Shown here: positions 14,135-27,150 of the stretch, in pieces | Numbering within the stretch: the first letter of the stretch is position 1 | How the letters are laid out: the number at the start of each line of letters is the position of its first letter | Source of the DNA: Camelus ferus | Lineage: Eukaryota | Length of the DNA: 64,000 nucleotides | Reading direction: 5' to 3' | Assembly (NCBI RefSeq): GCF_009834535.1 | Contig: NC_045697.1 | Coordinates: forward strand, 97,032,001-97,096,000 | Position numbers and translations under genes: made by a program | Notes under the pieces: generated by a model | Seen by the model: the letters and a program-made list of their open reading frames with translations, nothing else | Told to the model about the DNA's origin: nothing | Databases searched by the model: none

Positions 14135-14538
14135 AAGTAACAGGATTTGTTGCATGTTTTGTTCAATGGGAAGCAGATCTAAAAGGATTTAATGTTCAGG
14201 ATATTTATTAAGGAAGGCCCTTGAAGGGAGAAGCAGCAGAACTAGTCAAAGAAGTCAAGTTAGACTCAGGCCTGACAATTTCAGCTACCACCATGTGGGT
14301 CTGTGGAGCATCCCAGAGTTCTTCATGTTGAGCTAGACTTTATACTCCCACCTTGACCACTCACTGGATACAGGCTACCGCCTCAGATCATGACTAGGTT
14401 AAGTGGCTCACTACAACAGAAGGAATTCCTGAAGGGGATACAGCTGAAGGCTTTCTACTTCCAGCACTCCCCACAGCTGAGGCAAAAATCCCTTCCTTGA
14501 AGGGAGATCATGGTTAGTGCATCTGTGCATCCTCCATG
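14135..14538 (-). mobile_element. LTR16C-like ERVL 3' LTR
   Basis: Resembles reverse-complement LTR16C (gggaagcag..., cttccttgaagggagatc, gtgcatct). Abuts the reverse-complement polypurine tract ggtccactcc. Confidence 0.75.
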
Positions 14539-17500
14539 GTCCACTCCACTTAGATATAATTTTACATATGTAATCAGGGAGCAGTTCCCTAAGATTCTGT
14601 TGAGCTTCTCTTCCGGAAGGAAACTTAGATAAGGAAAGTTAGCAAGATGATTACAATCCACATGTTAGGTAGTTAGATAAGTGGGGGCACCAGGCAGATA
14701 GGTGGGGAAGAGGGAGGATGGTCTGGAAGATGGTGTTATGCCTGCCTTCAGCATAAAGGGACTTTACTTCTTCTAAGAGAGTGCCAGCAAGAAACCAGTT
14801 AGAACCCCACAGCCACAACTGCGTGGTAGCAGAAAGGACTTAACCAGACGTGACCCAATGCTCATTGTATTATAATTAGCATTGCGGTTTAGGCTCCCCC
14901 ATAGGTTCTTCTGTGTGCATCATGGGTAAGGACATGTGCAAAGGGGGCAAACATGACTAAGCATTCTAGAGACAAGAACCATCAATCAAGACACCACCTC
15001 TAGGCAATGGTATAAGAGAAAAGGGAGACAAAACCCACAGCTTTTCCTCCCTTGGATCAGCCCACCTCCCGTTCTTGGAGGTGTACTTTTCCTTTTCTAA
15101 ATAAATTTTGAAAAATCTTTTGCTACCCAACACACTGTCTCCTGACTGTAAACTTTTCTTTCAGGTATGACAAGAACCAGGGTCTTTACCTTTTGCGGTA
15201 ACACATGTAATAACATCTCATTTCAGGACCATGATATTAAAAATTTTCTGTCCACTCTACCATTCCCTTACCTTCCTTTAGTATCTCTGCTGGCTTAGCT
15301 GATGGTACGAGCTAGCTAGACTCATCCCTGAGGAGTCTAGGACTGGCCACCATGACATTCCTAGGCCAGCTGTACATTTATTATTAAAACTGAAGAAGAG
15401 ACATTAAGCAGTACCCAAGTGGATTGTCTGGGTATAAACATTATTTTTCAGCAACTTTTCCTCTCCTGAGTATTACCATTAATACACCCGTGAAAATCAT
15501 TATTCCTTTTCTTGCCTGCTGGATCATGAACAAAAATGAGCCAAACAGATAGTAGCCATAGATATATAGCTCAGTGGGACTCTTGCTGTGTCGCAGGAAG
15601 AAATGTTTCTCCTTTGAAAACCAGGTACTCTAATGCTGTGAAGACAGGAAGACAAATTCCTCAAGGGAGTTATTGGGACTAATTATAATTAGGGCTACTA
15701 CAGTTTTCACTACTTCTTATGTAGACCTATGTAATTGCTCTCATTGGGCTAAGCTGTACATAAAGATATTTTATGAGAAGATATACTACATTCTGGAGAA
15801 TGAGTCTGTCATTTTAAAGTATCATTTCAAAGGTGGCACTTCAACTGTGACTTCAGCATGCTATGCCAACACTCTATCATAGTGGCAGCTTTTGGCTGAT
15901 TGTGGTATATAAAAGAGCCAGGGAATGGCATTGTGGTGGGCCTAATTCACGATATTCTTCACTATAAACTGGCTTCTCTCAATAGACCCAATGGTATGAG
16001 GGATTCTGTGCCGATGAATCAAATACTTTATGAGCCTTCAAATACTGGTGCTGGGTAAGGAATTGAGTACAGAAAAGGCAAAATTACTCTTGGAATTTGT
16101 TATCTATTCCTATCAGAATAAATATCTGGTCTACTAGGTTAGAAAGAATCCCAAATGTCAACTTGCCACCACGTGGCATATTGGTATCCTCAAAGAATGA
16201 TTCCATTTTGGGATCTCATTATTGTTCTCTGTTGCCAGCAGGTTAAATATTTGTGATGGCAGTAGCTTGAACAGTCTTAGTAAGTGAGGGACGGAGCTGT
16301 TGGGTCTGATCACCAGCTCCATATCTAACACCCCATGACCATTAAAAAAAATGTGTTTATCATGCTAGCCCTGGGATTACTGATGGCAGAAGCTGACTGG
16401 CAACAGTCTGCTGAGTCATTTTGTTTTTTGGTTGTATAGTGACTCCCATGGCAGTGATCTCTGATGAGGATTAATATAAAACACAAGCATCTTCATACTC
16501 CTTACCCACCTCCTTATTTCCATCTGCATACCTCTGCCTTAGACAACCTTGTCCCTGATTTTCCAATAATTCTCCTTCCAAGACCCTACAAGGCTATTTG
16601 TCACTAAGAATAAATCAGTATATATTTTATCCTTGGAGCATTTCTTTTATCACACTAAATGAATGACTGAATGTACAGCCTGAAGCTCTATCTTTTGGGA
16701 GCTAGTTCCCTTGCCTCTGTCTTTCAAATCCAGCCCAGAATGAAGCTGTAATGCAGGTACTGATTGCTTTTAGCTTGCTAATACATTTGAGCTGACCTAT
16801 ATGTAAAACAAGATGGGTCATTTTCTTCCTCAGTCAGCTGGTCATGACATATTCCCTGTCTGGCCATAGGTAGGTATAAACTGAGGAAATAGTGATGGAT
16901 TACATGCAGGGTCTGGGCTTCTTGTACATGTAGTTTTTCTGTGCCTTCTGGTCTTGTTTATACTCAGTCTTGGATGTACAACTCCCACCTTACAGTGAAT
17001 TATTCTTGGACCAACCAAAAATTGTTTGGGCTGACAAAACCCATCTCATAATGGGTAATCCCAGAATTATAGTAAATCTATATCCCACGTTCAAATAGAA
17101 AAACAGGAGTTGTCTTCAAAAACGTGGGGCCTGCATTGTGATTCCCATGCTGGGGTCTGTCATAGATTCCATGGCAGCTTTGTCCACCACTAATATCTCT
17201 AATACTACAGGATCTGCCAAGTTGTATGGACCTGGTTGTAGGGCTATTCACACTGCAATTTGGACCTAATGCAGAAACTTTTCCTACTCTATGTCCCACT
17301 GAAAGCTTGCAGCCTTTAATTCACATGGTTTATGGGCCAGAGCAGTTTTCTCAGGTACAGCATATGTTGTCTCCAAAAACCAGATAAGCTTAATAAGAGT
17401 TATGCTTCCTTATTTGTTGCAAAATGGTGTGTTTTATCTTTTACTTGGATGGTAAGTTCCAGCATGCTCCTGACAACTAGACCTCTACAAAGTTATTAAT

Positions 17501-17930
17501 GTGGCAGTTTCCTAAGTCCTTATAGGGTCTCCATCTGACCAAAAGGTATGTGTCTTGCCAAGGTCTCCAAATTACTAGCTAATTCCTGCTTATCCAGACT
17601 GATTACACAATGAAATCAATACAGTGGACCAATGTGATATTTTACAGAATGCCCAGATTCCAGACCTCTTTGAACCACGTTATGACAGAGGACAGGAGAG
17701 TTAATATAGCCCTGAGGTAAAGCCATTTATGTACAGTATTGTCTATTATATAAAGCAAATTATTTCACAGTCTTTTTTCCAACAGACATTTTAAAAATAT
17801 ATTTGCCACTTCAATAGCTGCTTATTATGTACCTGTGGTTATATTTATCTGCTCTACCAAAGATACTACTGCATCTAACATGGTAACTACAATGGAGACC
17901 ACCACATAGTAGAGTGTGCAGCTGAAGCTG
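14539..17930 (-). mobile_element. ERVL (ERV3-16A3-like) internal region, decayed pol
   Basis: Minus-strand translation near 17720-17658 gives LPQGYINSPVLCHNVVQRGLE. Near 17640-17610 it gives ITLVHCID (decayed YIDD). An FWRQH-like RT thumb remnant lies near 17380. Confidence 0.88.
14663..15203 (+). mobile_element. ERV1-type solo LTR inserted into the ERVL remnant
   Basis: TGTTA...TAACA termini, TATAA near 15011, AATAAA near 15100, 4-bp flanks caca / catg. Confidence 0.85.
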
Positions 17931-18149
17931 ATACATGGATAAACTCTGGAATATCATTGCATCTTTAATTGGTAAATATAAGCGATTGATTGGAAAATTT
18001 AAGCAATGTAATTATTGAAACATAAACAATTAAGAACCAAACAACAGGAATTGAATACCTTAACCTATTGCAATAAAAAAAAATTTTTTTAACCCAGTTT
18101 CTTTTGATGGACTCCAAACATCTTTGAAGCAGTAACCATTCCATGCTTC

Positions 18150-18305
18150 ACAGATTCAAAGAATCCTTGAGTTGAAATGAGCAATTAATGATCCTTATTT
18201 ATAGAAACTTAGACTCACAGAGGTTAAAATGATTTACCTAAGGCCACACTGGGCAGAATCAAAGTACACGTAAAGAACTACTGACACTCAGACCACAGTG
18301 CATTC
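18150..18305 (-). mobile_element. MIR fragment
   Basis: Core-like gaaacttagactcacagaggttaaaatgatttacctaaggccaca. Confidence 0.7.
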
Positions 18306-19514
18306 AGTAAATCATTTTGCTTTTCATTCTATTTAATCTACACAATTTCATGTCTTTTCTAACTACTTTCCCATAATTAGATAATGCTGGCAATAGTTAA
18401 AGATGTGATATATATATATAATTCATTTTTAGGTAAGTTAATTTCTCTCAGTTGAGAGATGTTTGAACTTTGGATTCCCTAAATGTCCATTGCAAAGGTT
18501 TCTAGATATAGTGAAGCAAGTTGACATTCATCTGCATAGTGTACAGACAGATGATTCCTCAAATGCCTCCACACAAAGTCTGTGTTTATTAAAACATTCA
18601 CTTGATTTATCACTTAGTTAACATTTCCTGAGGGATAGAAAGCAAAGTTTTAAGAAAAAAGGTTAATTTGAATATCTCAAGATTAGTCTTGTGAATCATG
18701 GAAAGGATATTCTAAAGCTTAGGGTCATACTAATTTTCTAATCAATACAGAGAAATATTTTTTGGAGAAACAAAATAAATAAGGACACTGAACATCTTTG
18801 TTAACTCTCAAAGGAGAAAAGTATTGGAAACTTTACACTTTATATTAGGTAATGTGAAGACTTATGGAAACATACACTTCACTTCTAACATCTGGAGTTT
18901 ATATGACCCAAACTGCTGGTCAACTCATCAGGCCCACAAAGTGCACAGGTAGCAGGAATCAGGCTGCCAATCCATTGCCCTAAGCCTTGGGATGACCTGC
19001 TTTCTGAAACATCTATCACCATTATGGGACCTGAAAGCCAGGGAAGGGAAACCAGTGACTTTTAAGTCTATGGCAATAGATACCACCTAGAAGGATCGGG
19101 TCTTTGCTAGAAACCCATAAAGACCAAGCCTCAGCAGATAAAATCACAGTTGTCTATCTCCTGGAGTCCTGAAGAAGACAGTCTGGCATATGTTTTATGG
19201 CAGGATTATTATTCTCTAAACAGTATTTCAATTAATTTATCTCCCTCCATATAAAGATACCAGATTATCATTTCCAGTTGGGGTAACAAGAAGAACAAGA
19301 GTCAAGAAGCAGGTGAATTCTTCAGGTCACCCCTTGAAAAACTGAAGAACCAGGAAGATAGGCAATTTAGTGATAAAGGAATTAAATGAGAAGGGAGGAA
19401 AGGAAGCCAAGAGGCAATAATAATAGTAATTTCTTGATAAATTAAAATTATCATTGATTGTAATTATTATTATAATTAACACATTAATTATTTAAAATGT
19501 GCTGGAGTTCCACT

Positions 19515-20870
19515 ACACAGAAAACTATCCAAGAGAAATTAACAAAACCTAATAAATGGAGAACAAGTACTATGGTCAGGGATTATAAGAGACAATATTT
19601 TAAAATATCAATTATACTAATTGATCTACACACTTTATCCCAAAGTCCCAACTGGGTTTTTGTTGTTGTTGTTGAAATCAACAAGGATATTTTAATTTAT
19701 GTAGAAATTCAAACGCATATGTAAGAGTAGATAAAAACAGTAATGGGAGAGAAGAGCAGAAATCCAGGAATAGATCTTCACCCATAAAGCCACTAATTTA
19801 TGACAAAGACACATGTGCAATTCAATGTGGAAGGAAATACTGGAGAAACTGGATATGCATTTACAAAAAGTGAATTCTTACCTCTCCCAACTACCATAAG
19901 CAGAAATTAATTCAAGATGGATATTACACTTATATATAATAAGAAAGCTAAAACCATGCAGTTCCTAGAAGGGAACACTGGAGAACATTTTCATAAGTAG
20001 TTATTAAACAAGATTCAAAAAGCACTAAACATATTTGAAAAAACTGATCAATTAGACTTCATCAATATTCAAATTTTTAGTTCAGCAAAAGATACTGTTA
20101 AGTAAATGAAAAGGCAAGTAAAGCCAGGCTGAAACTAAAAACTCAGATCTAGAACATATAAAGGACTCCAATACATTAACCAACAAGCAAACAAGCAAAC
20201 AAAAAAAAATTGGTAAAGCACATGATGAACAGGTACTTCAATCAGATGGCCAATCAGTATATGAAAAGATGCTCACCATCATAGCCACCCATGCAACATA
20301 AATTAAAACCACAGTGAGATACCCCTACATACCATTACTTAACTTTTAAAAGACTGACAATTCCAAGTGTTAGAAAAGTTATGGAGCAATAGAACTCCCA
20401 TTTATTGCTCATGAGAGGGCAAATTTTTATAACCCCTTGGAAACACTCCTGCAGTTTCTAATAAGGTTGGATATATGCCTATAGCATCATGAACAATTTC
20501 AATTCTTTGGTGTATACCCAAGAGAATTAAATGAAATGACATAAACAGAATGTTTGTAACAGCTTTTTCATAGCTCCAACCTCAGGAGAACAGACAAAAA
20601 TATTGTTTTTTCTAATAAGGGAATTTTGTATAGCAATACAAAGGACACCCTTCTGATAAACAAAAACTTCGCAGAATCTCAAAAGCAGGTTGAGTTAAAG
20701 ACCAGATACAAAAATGTACATATTACCTGATTCCGTAAGAAGTTCCAGAACAGTCAAAGCTAATCACTGGTGACATGTAAAAATAATATTACCTTGGAGT
20801 GGCAGAATTGTTCTATATATCTCAAGTAGCATGATGATTTATCAGAGATATAAGCATATGAAAACCATAT
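19515..20870 (+). mobile_element. Ancient L1 (L1ME-like) ORF2 3' part and 3' UTR
   Basis: atatgaaaagatgctcaccatcatag, aaattaaaaccacagtgagatac, aaagactgacaattccaagtgtt and an L1ME-type 3' UTR. Confidence 0.8.
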
Positions 20871-21043
20871 TTATATATTTCTCTAATCTGTGCATGGATA
20901 AGTGTGTACTCAGAATTTGGCTAATGTTTCTCAAGATAAATTTCTTCTGCTTCTTTGTTTTTGTCTCAGCCAGATGAAAATCAAATGAATGTTATTAATG
21001 CAAAAAGATCTCTTCTGAAAGGTGACAGCATGTTACTCTGAGT

Positions 21044-21067
21044 AAAAAAAAAAAAAAAAAAAAAAAA
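21044..21067. repeat. Poly(A) run (24 nt)
   Basis: Directly visible. No retroelement body or TSD recognised next to it. Confidence 0.9.
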
Positions 21068-21647
21068 GCTCAAGCAACATGGTAGAGTAAGAAAAGTTTG
21101 TCTTATTTCTACCACCTTCAATCACCTGTTCCTTCCCTCATTCCTCGGAAGGCAGTTTCCACGGGCCTCTTTGCATTTTCTTGTATACCTGATTTCAGAA
21201 ATGAATCTCTTTATCAGTTACACCTTAGCCTGAAATTTTATCAAGATGAACTTTCTGAGATTTACTATCCTTCGCACAGGCAATGCCAAACAGATTTCAG
21301 TTATCATTAAGCATGTGATTGTTGCAAACTAATTCTCCTAATGATTCTTTATTCCAGTCACCCTGGACACATTCTGCATAGGCTAACTTAATACATCCTA
21401 CTTTCATATGAAAAGGGAAGTTATTATCTGTAATTGTCATTACAACATATTTACTTAATTTCTCACCTCATTGTGAGAAACACTTTACTATGATTAGATA
21501 GAATGTGTACTACTAAAAAACTTAAAAATCACTAACCTTCATATATTGTGTCTCTGTGTGTATGTGTTCATATTTTGATTGCTTTGATTTGTTTTGGTTT
21601 ACTTTTCAAACAGTTGAATTGTATAAAGTTATTAAAGAATTACTCAG

Positions 21648-22121
21648 TAAGATGGTCAATTTTATGTGGCTAGGTCATGGTAATTAGCTTTTGATCAAAT
21701 ATGAGTCTAGATGTTGCTATAAATATATTTTTAAGATGTGATTGATCAGCAGACTTTGAGTAAAGCAGACAACCTTCCATAATGTGGATAGGCCTCATTT
21801 AATTGTAATATGAAGGCTTTAAGGAAAGGACTTAAGACAAAAAGGAATTCTGCCTCTGGACTGCTTTTGGACTACAGATTACAACATCAACTCTTTCCTG
21901 GGTCTTCTATCTCTTCAGTCTGTTGGCCACCCCCACAGATTTTAGATGTGCCAGCACCCAAAATCTCTCAACTCTCTCTCTCTCTGTCTATCTCTGTCTC
22001 ACACACACAAACACACACACAAACGCACGCACGCATGCAAACACACATTTATATATGCACACACATTTCCTATCGGTTCTGCTTTTTTAAAATAAAACCC
22101 TAATAATCTAATAACTAATAC
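21648..22121 (+). mobile_element. MLT2-type (ERVL) solo LTR with internal (TC)n/(CA)n tract
   Basis: gatggtcaattttatgtg start, gactttgagtaaagcaga, ccataatgtgg and terminal ctaataca, all typical of MLT2. Confidence 0.88.
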
Positions 22122-22298
22122 ACAGAAGTGTGCTAGAGAGAAAAAGAGAGAAAGAGAGATGGAAATATGTTTAATTGATCTGTTTCTTTGTAGTAGGAAC
22201 TATTTAACATTCACAATTTAGTGTACAGAGGAAAACCAGTTAATGTGAGGACACAATTGTAAAATGTGTTTACAACACTGTAAACACTGTAAAGCATT

Positions 22299-22304
22299 TT
22301 TATT
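22299..22304 (-). terminator. Candidate polyadenylation signal of the minus-strand gene
   Basis: AATAAA on the minus strand about 400 nt after the candidate stop, followed by GT-rich gtgtttacagtgttgt. Confidence 0.45.
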
Positions 22305-22707
22305 CCAATAAATTCTTAGAGGAGTAGTAAAATGGACATTTAAAGAAGTTTTCCAGTCAAAGTCAAAGATATCAAAAAAGCAAAGTCCAATATTTCAGAA
22401 AAGGAAAATAAGCCCTTTCCCCCCAAAAAGGTAAAGTAAACAGAATATCCTTACGTCACAGAAGCAGGTAAATGTTTGCTCTGTCTTTTCTAAAAATAAA
22501 TATTCTGCACACATTGATAATTTTTATATTTAGGGTATGAACATCTGTTGTTTAATCACTGTTTTTGCAGTAGAGCAAATATAAAGCATATTTTACCTTA
22601 ATTAACTCATTAAGGGGAAAATAGCCAAATGCATAAGGCATATGAGAACACTGATTTTAACCACATCACTAGGAATAGAATAGTACCTTGTTCTCTTTAT
22701 AGCTGTG

Positions 22708-22754
22708 TTATAGCTCCCTTAGTAATTCAATTACAGTACGGCACTGAACCGTAT
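22708..22754 (-). CDS. Candidate terminal coding exon, (D)TVQCRTVIELLREL*
   Basis: Acceptor cttaactacacttaatgttctgcag with branch-point-like cttaac/cttaat. Two retained CpGs. The phase-1 frame is the longest open frame and matches the phase of the 44101-43984 exon. TAA at 22710-22708. Confidence 0.65.
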
Positions 22755-23744
22755 CTGCAGAACATTAAGTGTAGTTAAGCTTTCCAGTCTCTAGAGGTCT
22801 CTGCACATCACTTTTTCACTCACTGCTATCCTTGCATCCTGCCAACCTTTCTAAAACAAACACTTCAACAATGTGTAGACAAAATCGTTGCTCTCCAAAG
22901 AACACAAACAAATTCTTCACTTACGTGTCTTGCCTCAACCTCACATCTTATATTATAAAAGAAATTACAAGAATGTAGAAAGGGCCAAAAATTTAAGAAG
23001 AAAAAATTGTTTCTTGACTATTTTTTTTTAATCTATGCAAGGAAGATCTTTCCTTCCTGTAATGTTCTCAGGTACTTGCAGTCTAAAATTGTTTCAGCTA
23101 TATTATGTGTTTTTAAACGTTTACATAGCATTTTATGATTCTCTCTAATGTTATATATAGCAAACAAGGGTCAATTCAGTTCAACAAATATTTTCTTTTT
23201 AAGTGCTTTAGGGTGGGAAAGACAAATAAATGTCATATTTCTGCGTAAAATGCCCAGAATACAACATGGATGTTGATTGTCACACTTGAAGATGATCAAC
23301 TCTTTCATCAATATTCCCATATCTTACTAACGTAAATCTGCATGGCATCAGAAAATAAAACTTGTGTATAAATTAGCATTTGCCACTGTAGCTCAAACAC
23401 TGAGGACAGAAAATAAAGACTCATCTTCAAGGCCTAAGTTTCATTTTGCTTAGTCTCTTTAAAATATATCAAGATCAACCATCGTCCTACCTGGGAATCT
23501 GGTTTATGAGGAAGTTTACACCACTTTTGTATGACTTGCAAAACAAAGCACATCTATCACTTGGGCATGCAGGCCAGTAGGAAGAAAGCAGACATTGTGA
23601 TATAGTAATAAAAAGAATCTCAGTCCACAGGAAGTCTAGCAGAACTAGGAAAAGGGTCTGTCTTTTTGGGAAATGGTATTAGGACCTTTTCTACAGAGCT
23701 ATTTTTTATCTTTTTAATCATGTTCAATATTTATGACCAAATGT

Positions 23745-23913
23745 TCCTCTGATTATATAAAGTTTAGTATGTTTTAGACACTAAGAATAGTACATATATT
23801 AACTCATTTAATCCTTGTTACAACCCATGATAGAATAAGTATCACTCATTAATAATGCTTCATATTGAAGGTGAGAAAACTGAAAAAGAAGGCTAAGAAA
23901 TTTTCCTAGGGCT
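23745..23913 (-). mobile_element. MIR, split by L1 insertion (continues about 25256-25325)
   Basis: attaactcatttaatcct...gagaaaactgaaaaagaaggctaagaaattttcctagggct. Resumes with gtataagtaaattatgctgctggaattctaaaccc. Confidence 0.75.
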
Positions 23914-25239
23914 TTTACATGTAGCTATCCAGTTTTCCCAGCACCACTAGACAGCTACATATAAAAGAATGAAATTAAAACATCTCACACCATATACAAA
24001 AATAAACTCAAAATGGATTAAAGACCTAAATATAAGACCTGAAATCATAAAACTCCTAGAAAAAAACATGAGCAGAACACTCTTTGACATAAATAACAGC
24101 AATATTTCTTTGGATCTGTCTCTTAAGGTAAAGGAAACAAAATAAAAAATAAACAAATAGGACCTAATTAAGCTTAAAGTTTAAAGCAAAGGAAACCATC
24201 AACAAAAGGAAAAGACAACCTACTTGAATGGGAGAAAATATTTCCAAATGATGTGACCAGTAAGGAGTTACTATTCAAAATATATAAACAGCTTATACAA
24301 CTCAATATCAAAAAAACCCAACAACCTGATTTTAAGAAGTGGGCAGAAGACCAGAATAGATATTTCTGTAAAGAAGACATACAGAAGGCCAACAGACACA
24401 TGAACAGATGCGCAAAATCACTAATCCAGAGAAATGCAAATCAAAAACACGAGACATCACCTCAAGTCTGTCAGAATGACTATCATCAAAAAGACCACAA
24501 ACAACAAATAGTGGGAAGAATGCAGAGAAAAGGGAACCCTGTACACTCGTGTTGAGAATGTTAATTGGTGCAGGAACTGAGGGAAACAGTGTGGAAGTTT
24601 CTTAAAAAACTTAAACTAGAACTATCATATGATCCAGCAATTCCACTTCTAGGTATATATTTGAAGAAAATGAAAACACTAATTCAAAAAGATACACACA
24701 CAAAATTGTTCAGAGCAGCATTATTTACAATAGCCAAGATATGATCATCTTCATCAACAGATGACTGGATAAGGAAGACTTGGCATATATGCAGCAGAAT
24801 ACTACTCAGCCATTAGCAACACCATAGATGAAACTGGAGGGTATTATGCTTAGTGAAATAAGTCAGACAGAGAAATACGAATACTGCATGTTTTCACTTA
24901 TATGGAATCTAAAAAATAAAACAAATAAATAAACGTAAAATCAAAACAGACTCACAGATACAGAAAAGAAACTAGTGATTACCAATGGGGAGAGAGTAGG
25001 AGAGAGGGGCAAGATAGGTGTAGGGGATTATGAGGTATAAACCACCATGTATAAAATAAGTAAGCTAAAAGGATATATTGTACAGCAGGGGGAATATAAC
25101 TAATATTTTATAATCAATGGAGAATAACTTAAAAGGATTATAATCTATAAACATTTTTAATTACTGTTGTATACCTGAAACTAATATAATACTATAAATC
25201 AAATATACCTCAATGAAAATAATTAATAAAATAAAAGAT
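23914..25239 (+). mobile_element. 5'-truncated L1 with short 5' inversion
   Basis: ORF2 C-terminal remnant plus 3' UTR and A-rich tail. 16-bp TSD aaattttc(c/t)tagggct at 23898-23913 and 25240-25255. 23914-23946 is inverted L1 sequence. Confidence 0.93.
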
Positions 25240-25984
25240 AAATTTTCTTAGGGCTGTATAAGTAAATTATGCTGCTGGAATTCTAAACCCTTCAGTCTGT
25301 CTTCAAAACCTGGATTCTTAATCCTTATAAAAACAACAATCTCTCAAGTAGAAATATCCTACCACTGATAACAAGAGGGGGGAAACGAGATCAACCAGTT
25401 GTATTATCTAAACAAAGCATCTTTCCAGGCTCATGTTTTAAGACCAGAGCCAAAATACAGTGACAAAACTTCAGAAGCTTTCTACATTATTAATAACTGA
25501 TAGAATGACTAAATTATACTGTACTCTTATATATAGACTTTTCTCTGCTTGGAGATAAATATTATAGCAGTCTTCCTTTACTTCTTACATCTTTACTTCT
25601 TAGTCCAGAAGACATGTCACAGAAATATACATACATATTTCATATTCAATGGAATGGCTAAGGTAGATAATCAAATCATACCTTTATGTTGTTTAGGTAT
25701 TGCCCAAAAAACGATTGCACTGAGCTTTTAAAGTTATAATATTCTTATCTAATTTCTTATTCTTCTATGGAATATAAGAGATTTAGACAGAGAGAGAGAG
25801 ATTGTGTGTGTGAGGGAGGGGAGTGGTGTAGCATCTATACTTGTTTAATTGATCTTTTTTGTGGATGTAGGAAAAAAATCAACACTCAAAATGTATGGTA
25901 TAGAGCAAACAAAAGTTAAAATGATGACAAATCTGACAATATTTGTAAACTGTGGTATATCAATATTTTATGGACATTAAAAGT

Positions 25985-26170
25985 AAAAGCATGGGTTTAA
26001 CCAAAGTTCAAATAAAAAGTTTATCCCCTGCTTTTCGTGAGACCTTTGACAACTCCCCTAAGTAGTATGATTCCTAGTCCTCTCATCTGTAAAATCTGGG
26101 AAATAACAATATCTACTTGATTACATTGTGAGGATGAAATAAAATAAAATCTTAGCAGACTATTGGGCAA
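25985..26170 (+). mobile_element. MIR
   Basis: ctcatctgtaaaat...ataacaatatctact...ttgtgaggatgaaataa. Confidence 0.75.
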
Positions 26171-26289
26171 TAAATTTTAATTTTAATAATGCCAACCATG
26201 TCGATGGTGGTGTCTTATACCTAACATTTATACTTAAGCTTGGTATTTGTAATATGAATGATCACCACAATCTCTCATTCCATCCTTTT

Positions 26290-27150
26290 CCCAGTGTTAT
26301 TGTTGATTCACAGTAGATGACTTAACATCTTATTTTAACAAAAAAGATTGACATCTCAAACAGGGAGTCTGGAACAGGGCTTCATTCCCTAGTCAAGGTC
26401 CACAATGCAATCCCATAGCTTTTGTTCCTCATTTCTCTCCATATTCTGCTCTCGGTTAATGAGAACTTTAAAACATTCTTCTTGCTGATGATTACTAAAC
26501 TTAAAATTAATTCTGATCCCTCTGATGCAGCAAAAATTCAAAATACAATAATAAAGAAAATAATTTTTATCCACAAATCATTTAAATTGGGATTATCAGT
26601 ATTACTCCAGGCTCCAAACCTAGAAACACTCTTGAAAATCATTTGACAAGTAACTCTTCTTAATTACTGCATCCGAGTTTTCATAAAATCGTATTATTTT
26701 TAATTGAAATATTTCATTTCCTCATTTTTTCCAAACTAGTGAAACAATTCACATGTAGTTCATTATTTTCTAAAACATACAAGTTGAAACAATGCCTTTA
26801 GTTGGTTAACAAGCATTAAACTAAAGATCCGATATCTAGTAAACTGACTCTTTTTAGGTATTGGGAAATACAAAGAAAAAGTACAACATAAAAATTAAAT
26901 TATTGACTTCAAGGAGTTTAAAATCTAAGTATGGAGCCTAAAAAGACTAACATGCCAAACTACAAATGCAATCAAATTTCTCAGAAAAAGTTAACTAAGT
27001 TAGAAAAATCTTCACCATAACTCTAAATCTCAAGCAGTGACCAAAAGTTTTGATTTTGGCCTTAAAATACGGGTAGAAGATGAATAAGTATAACTAAAGA
27101 TCAAAGACCTTCCTGGAAAATAATGCCATATAAACTGAGACATGGTAGAA
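26290..27150. mobile_element. Highly decayed L2 fragments (both orientations)
   Basis: actccaggctccaaacctagaaacactcttga (sense-like) and aggtattgggaaatacaaag...gacttcaaggagtttaaaatctaag (antisense-like). Confidence 0.5.

Noticed and set aside
20970..21021. Plus-strand acceptor followed by PDENQMNVINAKRSLLK
   Set aside because: Weak donor (gtgaca) and no partner exons on the plus strand.
21467..21512. Minus-strand micro-exon candidate with GAG|gtgaga donor
   Set aside because: It lies past the candidate poly(A) site. Such pseudo-exons are common in AT-rich DNA.
22266..22290. miR-30-like seed tgtaaaca in a hairpin
   Set aside because: The stem is only 9 bp and the remainder does not match miR-30, so not a pre-miRNA.
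25920..25937. C-box/D-box-like atgatga...ctga
   Set aside because: The boxes are only a few nt apart and not kept in the sister copy at 22244, so not a snoRNA.
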